Source: a virus
Length of the DNA: 64,000 bases
Direction: 5' to 3' (one strand)
IMG/VR virus record: IMGVR_UViG_3300025519_000001
Span: 64,001-128,000 of that record
In this document: one piece after another, positions 55,501 to 64,000 of the stretch
How positions within the stretch are numbered: position 1 is the first letter of the stretch
Layout: every line of letters starts with the position of its first letter
Position numbers and translations under genes: made by a program
Notes under the pieces: model-generated
The model's database searches: none
What the model was told of the DNA's origin: nothing
Seen by the model: only the letters and a program-made list of their open reading frames with translations

Positions 55501-56492
55501 AAATGTTTACCACTTCTTTTTGAATACTCATAAATTGCATTTTCAATTTTTGAATATCTTTGTTCCCAAGTATTATTTTTAGCAAATTCAATTGCTTGTC
55601 TTTTAATTTCCGGTTTTTTGGATAATTCAATAGCACGATCTACATTCAATAGAAATTCTTCATCTGTTTGACTTGGTAATACTACATTAGGATACAATCG
55701 AACTTCAGGCCAATCAGTAGAAACTGTTACTTTTCCGCAAGACATATGTTCATAAAGCTTTATAGGGTCTGCCGCTTGAGTTATTTCTAATTTCGTATTA
55801 AAAGGCAGTAAACAAACGTCCAAAGTTTGATAATAATTAATCAAATCCGAATGAGACTTTACTCCTAAATTTTTTACATTAGATGGACAAACATTTCCAA
55901 ATTCTCTTCCAATAAAAACTGTTGTATATTTGTCAGCTACTTTTTTAATTAATGAAGTTTTTACCCAAGAGCCAATTGCGCCCACAAATCCAACAATCGG
56001 CCCATTAAATCCAATTAAATCATTTGGTTTTTTAAAGGGCGCATTGATAAAAGACGAATCACAGGCATTACGAACTAAATAAACATTATTATGCATTTTC
56101 TTTCTCAAATCAAATAAATACTGTGAACTTGTTAATACAATATCTGCTTTTTTACAAGCTTCGAACTCAAAAGGATGCCATTCTGGAAAAGAGTCAACGC
56201 TATCGTATATATTGATTTTTGCTTTAATAATTGGATAATAAACATGAGATTTTGCCCAAGTCGCATAAGCTACATCAATTTTCAATTTATTTTTTTGAAT
56301 TTGTTCCACAACATCATGAAAGTTATAATGAACAAATAAATTCTTCTCTACTTCTTCTGGTTTCCTATTCAATTGTGTTTGATTGCAATAAATCACTCTC
56401 CATCCGTTTTTAGCAAATTGAGAAAGAATATGTTGAGGACGTTGTTTTAAAAAATTCCAATCAATTGTAGGCATATAAAGAATTGTTCTCAT
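55497..56492 (-). CDS. GT-B (GT4/TuaH-like) glycosyltransferase
   Basis: QRPQHI, VGFVGAI, DVCLLPF, DPIKLYEHMSCGK, NTWEQR. Confidence 0.88.
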   Translation of the reverse strand: MRTILYMPTIDWNFLKQRPQHILSQFAKNGWRVIYCNQTQLNRKPEEVEKNLFVHYNFHDVVEQIQKNKLKIDVAYATWAKSHVYYPIIKAKINIYDSVDSFPEWHPFEFEACKKADIVLTSSQYLFDLRKKMHNNVYLVRNACDSSFINAPFKKPNDLIGFNGPIVGFVGAIGSWVKTSLIKKVADKYTTVFIGREFGNVCPSNVKNLGVKSHSDLINYYQTLDVCLLPFNTKLEITQAADPIKLYEHMSCGKVTVSTDWPEVRLYPNVVLPSQTDEEFLLNVDRAIELSKKPEIKRQAIEFAKNNTWEQRYSKIENAIYEYSKRSGKHL

Positions 56493-57258
56493 TGTTTTCT
56501 CCCTTTAAAAATTTTTTTAACATATCCTTCGACATGATATGATGACAATACGCACTTATATCGCACCACAATTCAAAACCCTTATTTTTACAATCCAAAC
56601 TCCAGCTTATATCTTCACCTTGAAAATGATAAGAATAAGAGGTTTTTTCACAAACAGACTTAGACATTAAACAAATTGCACCTGTAGCATCTACTTTTAG
56701 TAATTTGCTTTGTTTTAAGGTTGGCGCATTTTTTACATACCAATTACGAACATGAGTAAATCCGCCTTGTTCATTTAAATTGAGAATGTTAGGATACTGC
56801 CAATATGTATCAGGATAAGAGATATAACCGTTATAAATTAATGCTGAACATATATCTTTTTGATGAGATAGCAATTTGTTTAATGTATCTGGTTGCACTA
56901 AAATGTCCGAGTCAACAGAAAATAAATAATCTGATTGCACAGAAGATAAGATTTTATTTCTTAAATTAGAAAGATGTTTATATGTATAATTTTGTCTTAC
57001 TTTTGGAGTACGCAAATCTTCAAACATATATTTAGAATCAAATTTTTCAATAATAAAAGATTTATATTCGTGGCCATATTTTCTTTTAAATTCTTCAAGA
57101 ATTTTTTGTGATTTATCATTTGAATTATTTAATAAAAAATAAAAAGAAATAAGGTTTTTAGGATAATTTAAATTACGCAGATGTTCAAGATAAAAAGGAA
57201 GAATCCAATCTCTTGAATTAATTGGAGCGCTTATTTGAATTGTTGGCTGTATATTCAT
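56461..57258 (-). CDS. GT-A (GT2-like) glycosyltransferase
   Basis: LSNLRN, YLFSVDSD (DxD), TGAICL, GED. Confidence 0.85.
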   Translation of the reverse strand: MNIQPTIQISAPINSRDWILPFYLEHLRNLNYPKNLISFYFLLNNSNDKSQKILEEFKRKYGHEYKSFIIEKFDSKYMFEDLRTPKVRQNYTYKHLSNLRNKILSSVQSDYLFSVDSDILVQPDTLNKLLSHQKDICSALIYNGYISYPDTYWQYPNILNLNEQGGFTHVRNWYVKNAPTLKQSKLLKVDATGAICLMSKSVCEKTSYSYHFQGEDISWSLDCKNKGFELWCDISAYCHHIMSKDMLKKFLKGENNENNSLYAYN

Positions 57259-57304
57259 TAATTTTCAAACATCCTCTCAAATGTTCTTTATCTCTCAAAA
57301 AATA

Positions 57305-57371
57305 AACAAGGGAAGGTGATGAGAGAGTCACCTTATCATATAGAACCGCGTATTCTATACTATCCCTTGTT
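57305..57371 (-). ncRNA. Putative structured cis-RNA (three-way junction) upstream of the glycosyltransferase cluster
   Basis: Outer stem aacaaggga/tcccttgtt enclosing aaggtga/tcacctt and tatagaa/ttctata hairpins. Confidence 0.5.
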
Positions 57372-57389
57372 AAATTAAAATTTTATTTT

Positions 57390-58154
57390 TTAATTGTCAT
57401 AAATCGTTAAATCATACATAGCCTGACGACCATCTGGTAATTGAGTTGATAGAATATCAAATACCATTTCAATAGTCGTAGGATCTCCTGAATTAGCTCC
57501 ACTTAAGGTAAATGTCGGTTGCGCCTTAGCTTTAAAGATATTGAATTGTCCATCCACAACCTTATTAGCAAAACGGTCTGTAAAGAACGCTTCAACGACA
57601 AGTTTTGTGTAGGGAGGGAATTTACCTGCATCAACCTGAATTGTATAAGTGTCGTTTGTGGTTTGCCACTGATAGAAAACTTGAACTTCTTCTCCAGCAG
57701 AAACAGTCAAAGGATCAAGTTCAATTTCGTTGCCATTTACCCCTAAAACTCCAACAGGGGTTGTAATAACACCATTCACAAATTTAAATACTGCCGGTAA
57801 AACATCTGATGGTGTTTTACCAAGAGTTATAATCAAATCACCAGCGACATTTTTAACCTGACCATTTTCTACTTCATAAATATCCGTTTGACCTTTAATA
57901 ATTTCGGAGCCAGTCATAACAGCAATTGAAGATAGCGTAAAAATTTGACTAGAAATAGTGAGCGTAGCTGTTTTAGCCCCATTAAATGTCAAAACACGGG
58001 GACCGCCGCGTCCGCCAGTGGCATACACAGTATCGGCACCATTTTGAAGTGACACACTGTTTACAAAATCGAGATAAATAAGAGGAGTGCTATTCTCAAG
58101 ATTAATAACTTGAGTATACATCACTTCTCTCAAACCATATTGACCTAATTCCAT
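57390..58154 (-). CDS. Major tail (tube) protein
   Basis: VYATGGRG, GDPTTIEMVFDIL; position in the operon. Confidence 0.8.
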   Translation of the reverse strand: MELGQYGLREVMYTQVINLENSTPLIYLDFVNSVSLQNGADTVYATGGRGGPRVLTFNGAKTATLTISSQIFTLSSIAVMTGSEIIKGQTDIYEVENGQVKNVAGDLIITLGKTPSDVLPAVFKFVNGVITTPVGVLGVNGNEIELDPLTVSAGEEVQVFYQWQTTNDTYTIQVDAGKFPPYTKLVVEAFFTDRFANKVVDGQFNIFKAKAQPTFTLSGANSGDPTTIEMVFDILSTQLPDGRQAMYDLTIYDN

Positions 58155-58203
58155 TTATAAATCCTCCTTATTTTGAGAAAAATAAAAACCTCTCAAAGAG
58201 AGG

Positions 58204-58935
58204 TTAAAAATTAGTTCTAACAATCCAATCTTCCAATTTAGTTCCTTCTTTTAACGAAAATGTATTAGCCCACAAAGCCAACATTCGCTTATGATTTTCC
58301 ATAATATTTACTCTTTCAAAATGCTCATAAACTTGATAAACAGTAAGCTTTCCCACATTAAAGATATTAATACCATTTCCTTCTGCGTTACACAAAACAG
58401 ACAGCATATCTTTAAGTTCAAATTCTTTTTTCTTCATCATAGCCTTTTTTCGATTCATGTGTTGTTCATATTTTTTCTTTACTCTATCATTTTTAAACTG
58501 TAATTTTTCTTTTTCTTGGTTTATACCGTTTATTTTTTTTATTACATTTATAATCTGCTTATAATTTTCTTTTTGAATTAAAACGTGTTTATTTGAAATA
58601 AATATTTTTGATATATTATCAAATTTTACTTCTTCTTTTGTAAAAAACGAATAGGCACTTGCAATATATCCAGCAATCATATCATTTAATGTCAAAACAT
58701 CATAATCGTCTAATTGCTCAATTTGCTTATATTCTTCATCTGATACCTGATATAATTGTTTGAAAATATTTTCCTTATCGAACATTGCAAAATTTAAATG
58801 CACATGATACATTATTTCGCCAATTTCGCTAATCTCATCAATAGTAGGGGAATAAAACAAAACTCCATTAAATTCAACTGGCTTACCTAAAAATAAAGTT
58901 AGGCGATCAATAACCATAGACAAATCACCTAACAT
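58204..58935 (-). CDS. Conserved tail-region hypothetical protein
   Basis: 243 aa; YSPTIDEI and LTVYQ motifs. Confidence 0.7.
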   Translation of the reverse strand: MLGDLSMVIDRLTLFLGKPVEFNGVLFYSPTIDEISEIGEIMYHVHLNFAMFDKENIFKQLYQVSDEEYKQIEQLDDYDVLTLNDMIAGYIASAYSFFTKEEVKFDNISKIFISNKHVLIQKENYKQIINVIKKINGINQEKEKLQFKNDRVKKKYEQHMNRKKAMMKKKEFELKDMLSVLCNAEGNGINIFNVGKLTVYQVYEHFERVNIMENHKRMLALWANTFSLKEGTKLEDWIVRTNF

Positions 58936-59404
58936 TAAATTCTTTCGGTAAATAGCAAATTGTTGAACCTTGAAACATATCGTTTACAACAATGTCATCT
59001 AAATAACCAAATTCTAATTGTCCTAAACCTAACAAGCTTCGTTTCCGATTCATCAATTGATCTATTTTATTTATTATAAAATCAACTCTAGTTGCATTAT
59101 AATCTGTTCTAAATAAATCACGATGTGTAAAAACATTTAAACAGAATCTTTCAGATTTAATGGTCGAAGATGATGCAGTAATCCTTCCAAACGTCAAAGT
59201 AATAAAGGTTTTTTGAGTTTGGGCGGCATCAGGAATAAACCTAAAAGGAAAAATATTATTATAAATTAATAATGAAGTGTCAAAATCATCTTGATCTAAA
59301 AAATTTTGATTATTGTAATAAACTGCCTTGCATAAATCCATGTCACTAATTAATATTTCTACAACTTTCTCTTTATATTTAGACAATTCTTCCAAAAAGG
59401 CCAT
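58925..59404 (-). CDS. Putative tail terminator protein
   Basis: 159 aa; IFPFRFIP, RVDFI; gene order. Confidence 0.6.
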   Translation of the reverse strand: MAFLEELSKYKEKVVEILISDMDLCKAVYYNNQNFLDQDDFDTSLLIYNNIFPFRFIPDAAQTQKTFITLTFGRITASSSTIKSERFCLNVFTHRDLFRTDYNATRVDFIINKIDQLMNRKRSLLGLGQLEFGYLDDIVVNDMFQGSTICYLPKEFNVR

Positions 59405-59420
59405 TCCTAATCACCTCCCA

Positions 59421-60677
59421 TCAAAATAAGCCCTTTATCTGAATTCGTTTGAATGAAATGACAGTTTCATCATCTATTAATCTTGCTTGCAATTGAACAT
59501 ACCCATACTGTTGATTATTATTTGCTTTTATGGTACAGCTTGTACCCGTTTGTAGCGTAATTAAAGCTAATGCTGTAGAACTTGATTTATCATCAGCCAA
59601 TAATGACCATTCTACTGATTTACTATTATCAACAACACCATTGTTTCTTACTTCTGCTGTGTATGTTTGAGTTTGATTGGATTTACACACATCAGAACCG
59701 GAAATAGTAATAACATAATTATCTTCAGCAACAGCATTGACTTGGATATTGATTTTACTAAATACCTTATTATCATCTGTCAAAGAAGCAGTAATCACCA
59801 CATTACCTTCGGACAAACAAACAATAAGTCCGTTTTCATCAACAGTAGCAATAGATTCATCAGAACTTTCAAATTCAATAGGTTTATCTACAACAATTCC
59901 ATTATCAATAACTTGAACATTTAATTGAGTAATATCGCCAACAGACAGTTGAATAAAATCCCCATTTAAAATTTTAATAATCTTCTCGTGAACGCTATTA
60001 TAGTAATCGGCAATCCTAAGTTCCACATTATCTCTAGCAGGATCAATCTGATGCTCTTCAAGTGTTAAGGTTATGATGCCGTCAACAAGACGGTCAATAT
60101 TCAATGTTCTCCAAGCACGACCATCAAAAATGAATCGCTGCTCTTTCTTAATCAATTCAGTAAATTGATTATTCTGAATCGTAATTTGCCGTCTTTCGCT
60201 AGGCATAATTAGAACTTGCCCATCATTTAACCCGAGAACAGATGAATTTGTGCTTAGTTGACAGAATTGTGCTTCTCGAATATCTCCATTCTCATCAAGC
60301 CACTTAATAGATGAAAAGCAACGCATTGCAGTTCCACGGCTATAAATATCACCTAAATTTTTATCTGCGATATAAGTTAGATAGTATTGATCCATATCAG
60401 GCCAATAAAATAAATATCCACTATCTAATTCTTGCGATGGGTGAGATATAAATTGCTTTTGAAACTTTGAATCACTATCATCAAGTATCCACACTTCTAG
60501 CGGAGTAGACGAAAGTGGAGTAGAAGGGAGATATGCATCTACCCGATAATATGATGGACTAGCGAAAAAATCAGATTCAATAGACCTTTTCGTTAATGCA
60601 ATACGAGAATCCCTTGGAGTTGATTTTTGAACGGATAATATGGCATTATAAGCATCATAATATCCCATAATTCTCAA
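59421..60677 (-). CDS. Head closure protein with Ig-like (Big_2) domains
   Basis: FESSDESIATVDENGLI..LSEGNVVITAS. Confidence 0.7.
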   Translation of the reverse strand: MRIMGYYDAYNAILSVQKSTPRDSRIALTKRSIESDFFASPSYYRVDAYLPSTPLSSTPLEVWILDDSDSKFQKQFISHPSQELDSGYLFYWPDMDQYYLTYIADKNLGDIYSRGTAMRCFSSIKWLDENGDIREAQFCQLSTNSSVLGLNDGQVLIMPSERRQITIQNNQFTELIKKEQRFIFDGRAWRTLNIDRLVDGIITLTLEEHQIDPARDNVELRIADYYNSVHEKIIKILNGDFIQLSVGDITQLNVQVIDNGIVVDKPIEFESSDESIATVDENGLIVCLSEGNVVITASLTDDNKVFSKINIQVNAVAEDNYVITISGSDVCKSNQTQTYTAEVRNNGVVDNSKSVEWSLLADDKSSSTALALITLQTGTSCTIKANNNQQYGYVQLQARLIDDETVISFKRIQIKGLF

Positions 60678-61129
60678 CTCCCTTCGGGATTATAGTTTTT
60701 ATAACTGTACTGAATCATCAGTCCATTGGCACGTTCCATAATGCTATCGCGTTCATCCATTTTTGCTTTTAAATTTTGCGATTCAGCATAACGTTTAAAA
60801 TCTGAATTTGACAAAGCCAATCTCATTTGCTCAATATTATTTACTTCTCTGTCCATCCAATGATATTGCATAAGAGTTGCAAGAATCTCTTGCTCTATAC
60901 CATTTAAATCAACATTGAAAATTTGTGCATCATCATCTCGATCTTCTAAGTCTTTTTGACAATACACAAAAAATGGAATTGCGCTAATCAAAAAACCCTT
61001 TAAAAAAGATTCATAAGAATCAACAGATTTTTGATATAAAGCATCAAGATTGTAATCTTGAACTTTTGTTGAGAAACGAGAATAAATTGTCTGATAGGGT
61101 GTCATAAATAGCCCCCTATAATCATACAC
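60674..61129 (-). CDS. Putative head-tail adaptor
   Basis: TPYQTIYSRF, EQEILA; gene order. Confidence 0.6.
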   Translation of the reverse strand: MYDYRGLFMTPYQTIYSRFSTKVQDYNLDALYQKSVDSYESFLKGFLISAIPFFVYCQKDLEDRDDDAQIFNVDLNGIEQEILATLMQYHWMDREVNNIEQMRLALSNSDFKRYAESQNLKAKMDERDSIMERANGLMIQYSYKNYNPEGS

Positions 61130-61784
61130 TTAATTCCATTGCTAATTGATAAATATCTGTGCCAACATGATCACTTAATACAGCTAATTTGTTACGATCA
61201 AGATATTTAGGATTACCCTTTGCAATCTCAGTGATAAATTGATGTACAATTGCTTGCAGTTGAACCTTAGTAACTTTTTTAAGTAATTCTTCCAAATAAA
61301 TTGCGCTTGTATTTACAATTTGCTCAATATCGCTTCTGTTTAACAAATTTTTATAATCATTTTCAAGATATAATGCCTTAACTGCCTTTTCGTTCAAAAT
61401 AATAAAGGCTCCATCCCTTGCGAGATCTGGATGGTTGTTAACTATATAACGCAAATCTTCAAAAGAAACTGTAATACTATTGCCAAAATCAGGGATTCTC
61501 ACAATATGATGAAGAGCACGAAGATTTAGTCCGCCGACTGTTAAACTTACAAGTCTAATTCGAGCAGTAGGAGAGATGTCTATTTCTTCTTCAATATCTG
61601 AATAGATACTCTTTTTATAATTATCTTTTTGTTCTTCTTGATTATTATTTGATTTATTAGCTTCTATAAGCGATTGAACAAGTTGTTTTAATTGTTCAAT
61701 TTCATTTTTCATACTTTCCTTTTCAGGATCAACTTGAACAGTATCTTGTACTTGATTTTCAATTTTTGTTTTTTGTGTAGCCAT
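61122..61784 (-). CDS. Hypothetical protein downstream of the capsid gene
   Basis: 220 aa ORF with RBS. Confidence 0.7.
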   Translation of the reverse strand: MATQKTKIENQVQDTVQVDPEKESMKNEIEQLKQLVQSLIEANKSNNNQEEQKDNYKKSIYSDIEEEIDISPTARIRLVSLTVGGLNLRALHHIVRIPDFGNSITVSFEDLRYIVNNHPDLARDGAFIILNEKAVKALYLENDYKNLLNRSDIEQIVNTSAIYLEELLKKVTKVQLQAIVHQFITEIAKGNPKYLDRNKLAVLSDHVGTDIYQLAMELSV

Positions 61785-61812
61785 CGTTTGATTCTCCCTT
61801 TTGATAAAATAA

Positions 61813-61833
61813 AGAGGAGGATTGCTCCTCCTC
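61813..61833 (-). terminator. Terminator after the major capsid gene
   Basis: agaggagg-gattgct-cctcctct-like stem with a T-tract on the - strand. Confidence 0.6.
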
Positions 61834-61856
61834 TAACTTTTATTTTTTACAAATTA

Positions 61857-62972
61857 TTAAGAAATGTTTTGCCATAGAGCATAACGGCCAGAAGTGACGA
61901 TCTTCATATCCCACTTCTTATAAATAGTGTAATCCATGCTATTATCAGCGTTTTGATTGATGTCACTTTGAGTGATAACTGTTTCTCCTTCAAAGCCAAT
62001 TTTAACAAGTTGCTTAGAAGGAGCAGACACAATTACAACCGTTTGATTATCAATTGCAAACTCATCGGTATTAGGAATGAGACGTTGTTCGAGAGCGAAC
62101 AGATCCGTACCTTGGAAGTTAGTTAGATAACCAGTACGGTTGTACTCTTCTCCAAGTCCAAAACGGAAATACTGATCTGCAGGAACAATTTTCGATAACG
62201 CATATCGAGTGCCAAATGCAGAAGCCTTAGAACCAAGATTGAACGCAGTTACACGGTCAACAAGATTGATAAATTTACCTTGGTCGAATGCGCCAGTTTC
62301 CTTATATTTGGCTCCAAGAGAAGAATAACTACCGAAAATAGCGTCTGCAATTTCAACAGTAATTTCAGTTTCAATACTGCCAACGATACGCATAGCGAAG
62401 TCGCCCCAGTTAACCTTACCAGCAAGAATACGGTACATGTCTTCACCAGCAGTAATCCGATGGCCTACAGGATTTAGAACTACGTCCGTGCCAAGAATAC
62501 GTTGACGAACACCAGTCTTAATACCGTCAGCAGCCTTAGAAACAACGAATAAATCATTGGAAGGAACATTGAATACAAGATTATCTCCCCAACCAACATT
62601 TTTTACTTCAGAGAATTGATAAAAATCTTCAAGTACAGTTTCAGGAATAATAATATCAATCATTTGGCTAATAACTGCAAAAGTAGCCATTTTTACAGTT
62701 GGGTGCATAGCTGCATAGGTTTCGCCAATAGGAGAATCCACACCTAGTCCAGCCATCTTATTTGCAAATGCACGAAGGCTCTTATTGAAAATTGCTTCCT
62801 TTTCTTGATACTTGCCTTGAGCATATTGAGAATATTTACTTTTGATTTCAGGATTTTGAACCGTATCATGACGATAGTGATAGAAAAGTTCTACTCCAGC
62901 TTGAACAATTTCCTTAAAGTCATTAGGCATAGAATAGTATGCTTTGTTAAAACGTTGTACTTTGTTTAGCAT
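61857..62972 (-). CDS. Major capsid protein
   Basis: 371 aa; codon bias of a highly expressed gene; FSEVKNVGWGDNLVF and LVKIGFEG; followed by a terminator. Confidence 0.8.
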   Translation of the reverse strand: MLNKVQRFNKAYYSMPNDFKEIVQAGVELFYHYRHDTVQNPEIKSKYSQYAQGKYQEKEAIFNKSLRAFANKMAGLGVDSPIGETYAAMHPTVKMATFAVISQMIDIIIPETVLEDFYQFSEVKNVGWGDNLVFNVPSNDLFVVSKAADGIKTGVRQRILGTDVVLNPVGHRITAGEDMYRILAGKVNWGDFAMRIVGSIETEITVEIADAIFGSYSSLGAKYKETGAFDQGKFINLVDRVTAFNLGSKASAFGTRYALSKIVPADQYFRFGLGEEYNRTGYLTNFQGTDLFALEQRLIPNTDEFAIDNQTVVIVSAPSKQLVKIGFEGETVITQSDINQNADNSMDYTIYKKWDMKIVTSGRYALWQNIS

Positions 62973-63008
62973 TTTGTATATTCCTCCAATATGTATAATT
63001 TACTTTAA

Positions 63009-63521
63009 TTAAAGTGAGCGAACACAAAGTAGACGATAAGCTGTTTTACGATTTTGACCGACAGTAATAGTTGTCTGTGCAATAACTTCAAAAGCAATTA
63101 ACGTATTGCCTGAAAGATCGTCAGCAGGAGCAAAAGTCAATTGACCATTCGCAGGAACCGCATATTTACCAACAGTTGGAGTGCTAGAAAATCCTTCGGT
63201 AGTAAGAGTAATATCGTCGCCAACTTTAAGATGGATTGCACGAGTGGGACGATTAGCCGGATTAACGAAATTAGATACATCAGTTAGTGGTACACGAAGA
63301 CCATTAACCTCGATAATTTCAGGACCATGTACAAGAAGAACCTCTTGTTTAGTAACGTCAGCTACAGGAGTAGCTGCATAAACATCATTCTGACCACTTA
63401 CTAGACCAGCGAGAGCAACAAGGCTACCATTAGGCATATCAAAAGGTGCCTGAACATCCTTGTTGTAAGATTCAACATTTTTAGCAGCATATTTGCCAAC
63501 ATTAAGTACCGTATAAGCCAT
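63009..63521 (-). CDS. Capsid decoration/cement protein
   Basis: 170 aa beta-rich ORF between scaffold and capsid genes. Confidence 0.6.
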   Translation of the reverse strand: MAYTVLNVGKYAAKNVESYNKDVQAPFDMPNGSLVALAGLVSGQNDVYAATPVADVTKQEVLLVHGPEIIEVNGLRVPLTDVSNFVNPANRPTRAIHLKVGDDITLTTEGFSSTPTVGKYAVPANGQLTFAPADDLSGNTLIAFEVIAQTTITVGQNRKTAYRLLCVRSL

Positions 63522-63540
63522 TTTTTACATTTCTCCTTTA

Positions 63541-64000
63541 TTATTCTTTTTCAAATTTATTTTTTAGTCTTGAGAAAACATCAGATTCATCTTGTGACTT
63601 ATCCTCTGTTTTCTCAATAAATGCAAAGCGTTTTTCAGATTTATCATTACCAATAAATTCTTTAATCTTTGAGAAAGCAGCAAGTTTAAATTCTTTTTCA
63701 AATGACTCATAAGAATCACATTCTTTACCTTTGTTGCGCCATTCATCAATTTCTTCAACAGAGAAAAACTTAGAATTTTCTTCAATTAACGAATCAACTT
63801 TTTCATTTTTCTCTTGTTCAAGTTTAAACGCTTTAAACTCAGAAAGTTCTGCTAATTGTGCTTTAAGTTGTTCAATTTCAGCATTTGCAGATTCTAGTTT
63901 AGATATAGCTACAAATGCAGTATCTTGATGTTCTTGTAATTTTGCTTCGCATTCTTGTTTTAGAGAAGCAATTTGTGCTTCATATTCTTGTTTTGTAGAT
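63541..64000 (-). CDS. C-terminus of prohead scaffold/protease (partial)
   Basis: Open acidic coiled-coil frame ending ..DVFSRLKNKFEKE* at 63541. Confidence 0.7.
   Translation of the reverse strand, partial: STKQEYEAQIASLKQECEAKLQEHQDTAFVAISKLESANAEIEQLKAQLAELSEFKAFKLEQEKNEKVDSLIEENSKFFSVEEIDEWRNKGKECDSYESFEKEFKLAAFSKIKEFIGNDKSEKRFAFIEKTEDKSQDESDVFSRLKNKFEKE

Noticed and set aside
63564-63785. 73 aa ORF from the track
   Set aside because: Off-frame shadow of the real partial scaffold gene ending at 63541
1-64000. tRNA or rRNA genes
   Set aside because: None recognised by eye; a tRNAscan-SE run would confirm

Overview
A 64 kb AT-rich segment of a large temperate siphophage of a spore-forming Bacillota host. 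The gene order is SPbeta-like, and the copper-amine-oxidase-N and GH25 domains suggest Paenibacillaceae (inference). The + strand (1-22.3 kb) carries nrdIEF, a MazG-like pyrophosphatase, thyA, dfrA, an RNase H-like gene, a patch of accessory genes, a Pnk/phosphoesterase/RNA ligase fusion, AdoMet decarboxylase, DnaE, a RecU-like resolvase, a large serine integrase with a probable attP, and an Ltp lipoprotein. The - strand (22.4-64 kb) carries lysis, tail, neck and head genes with several inserted morons. The main finding is a compact CRISPR-Cas12f locus (8.4-10.95 kb) with no cas1/2/4 in the window. An intact AsCas12f1-like nuclease is flanked by two diverged leader+tracrRNA units. One unit feeds a 3-spacer mini-array. 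The other is fused to a single co-varied repeat whose guide is simply flanking DNA, as in a TnpB omegaRNA. Both leaders resemble type I-C leaders. The locus lies between two copies of an ATGAAA-N6-TTTCAT dyad that recurs at accessory-gene junctions, which may be a recombinase cassette system. Other findings are an unannotated deaminase that needs a -1 frameshift, a probable AUA start for dnaE, a homing endonuclease that duplicated and recoded its target gene's start, a split Dit, a Panacea toxin-antitoxin pair, and a three-glycosyltransferase plus methyltransferase cluster inside the virion operon. All family assignments come from motif recognition by eye; no database searches were run.
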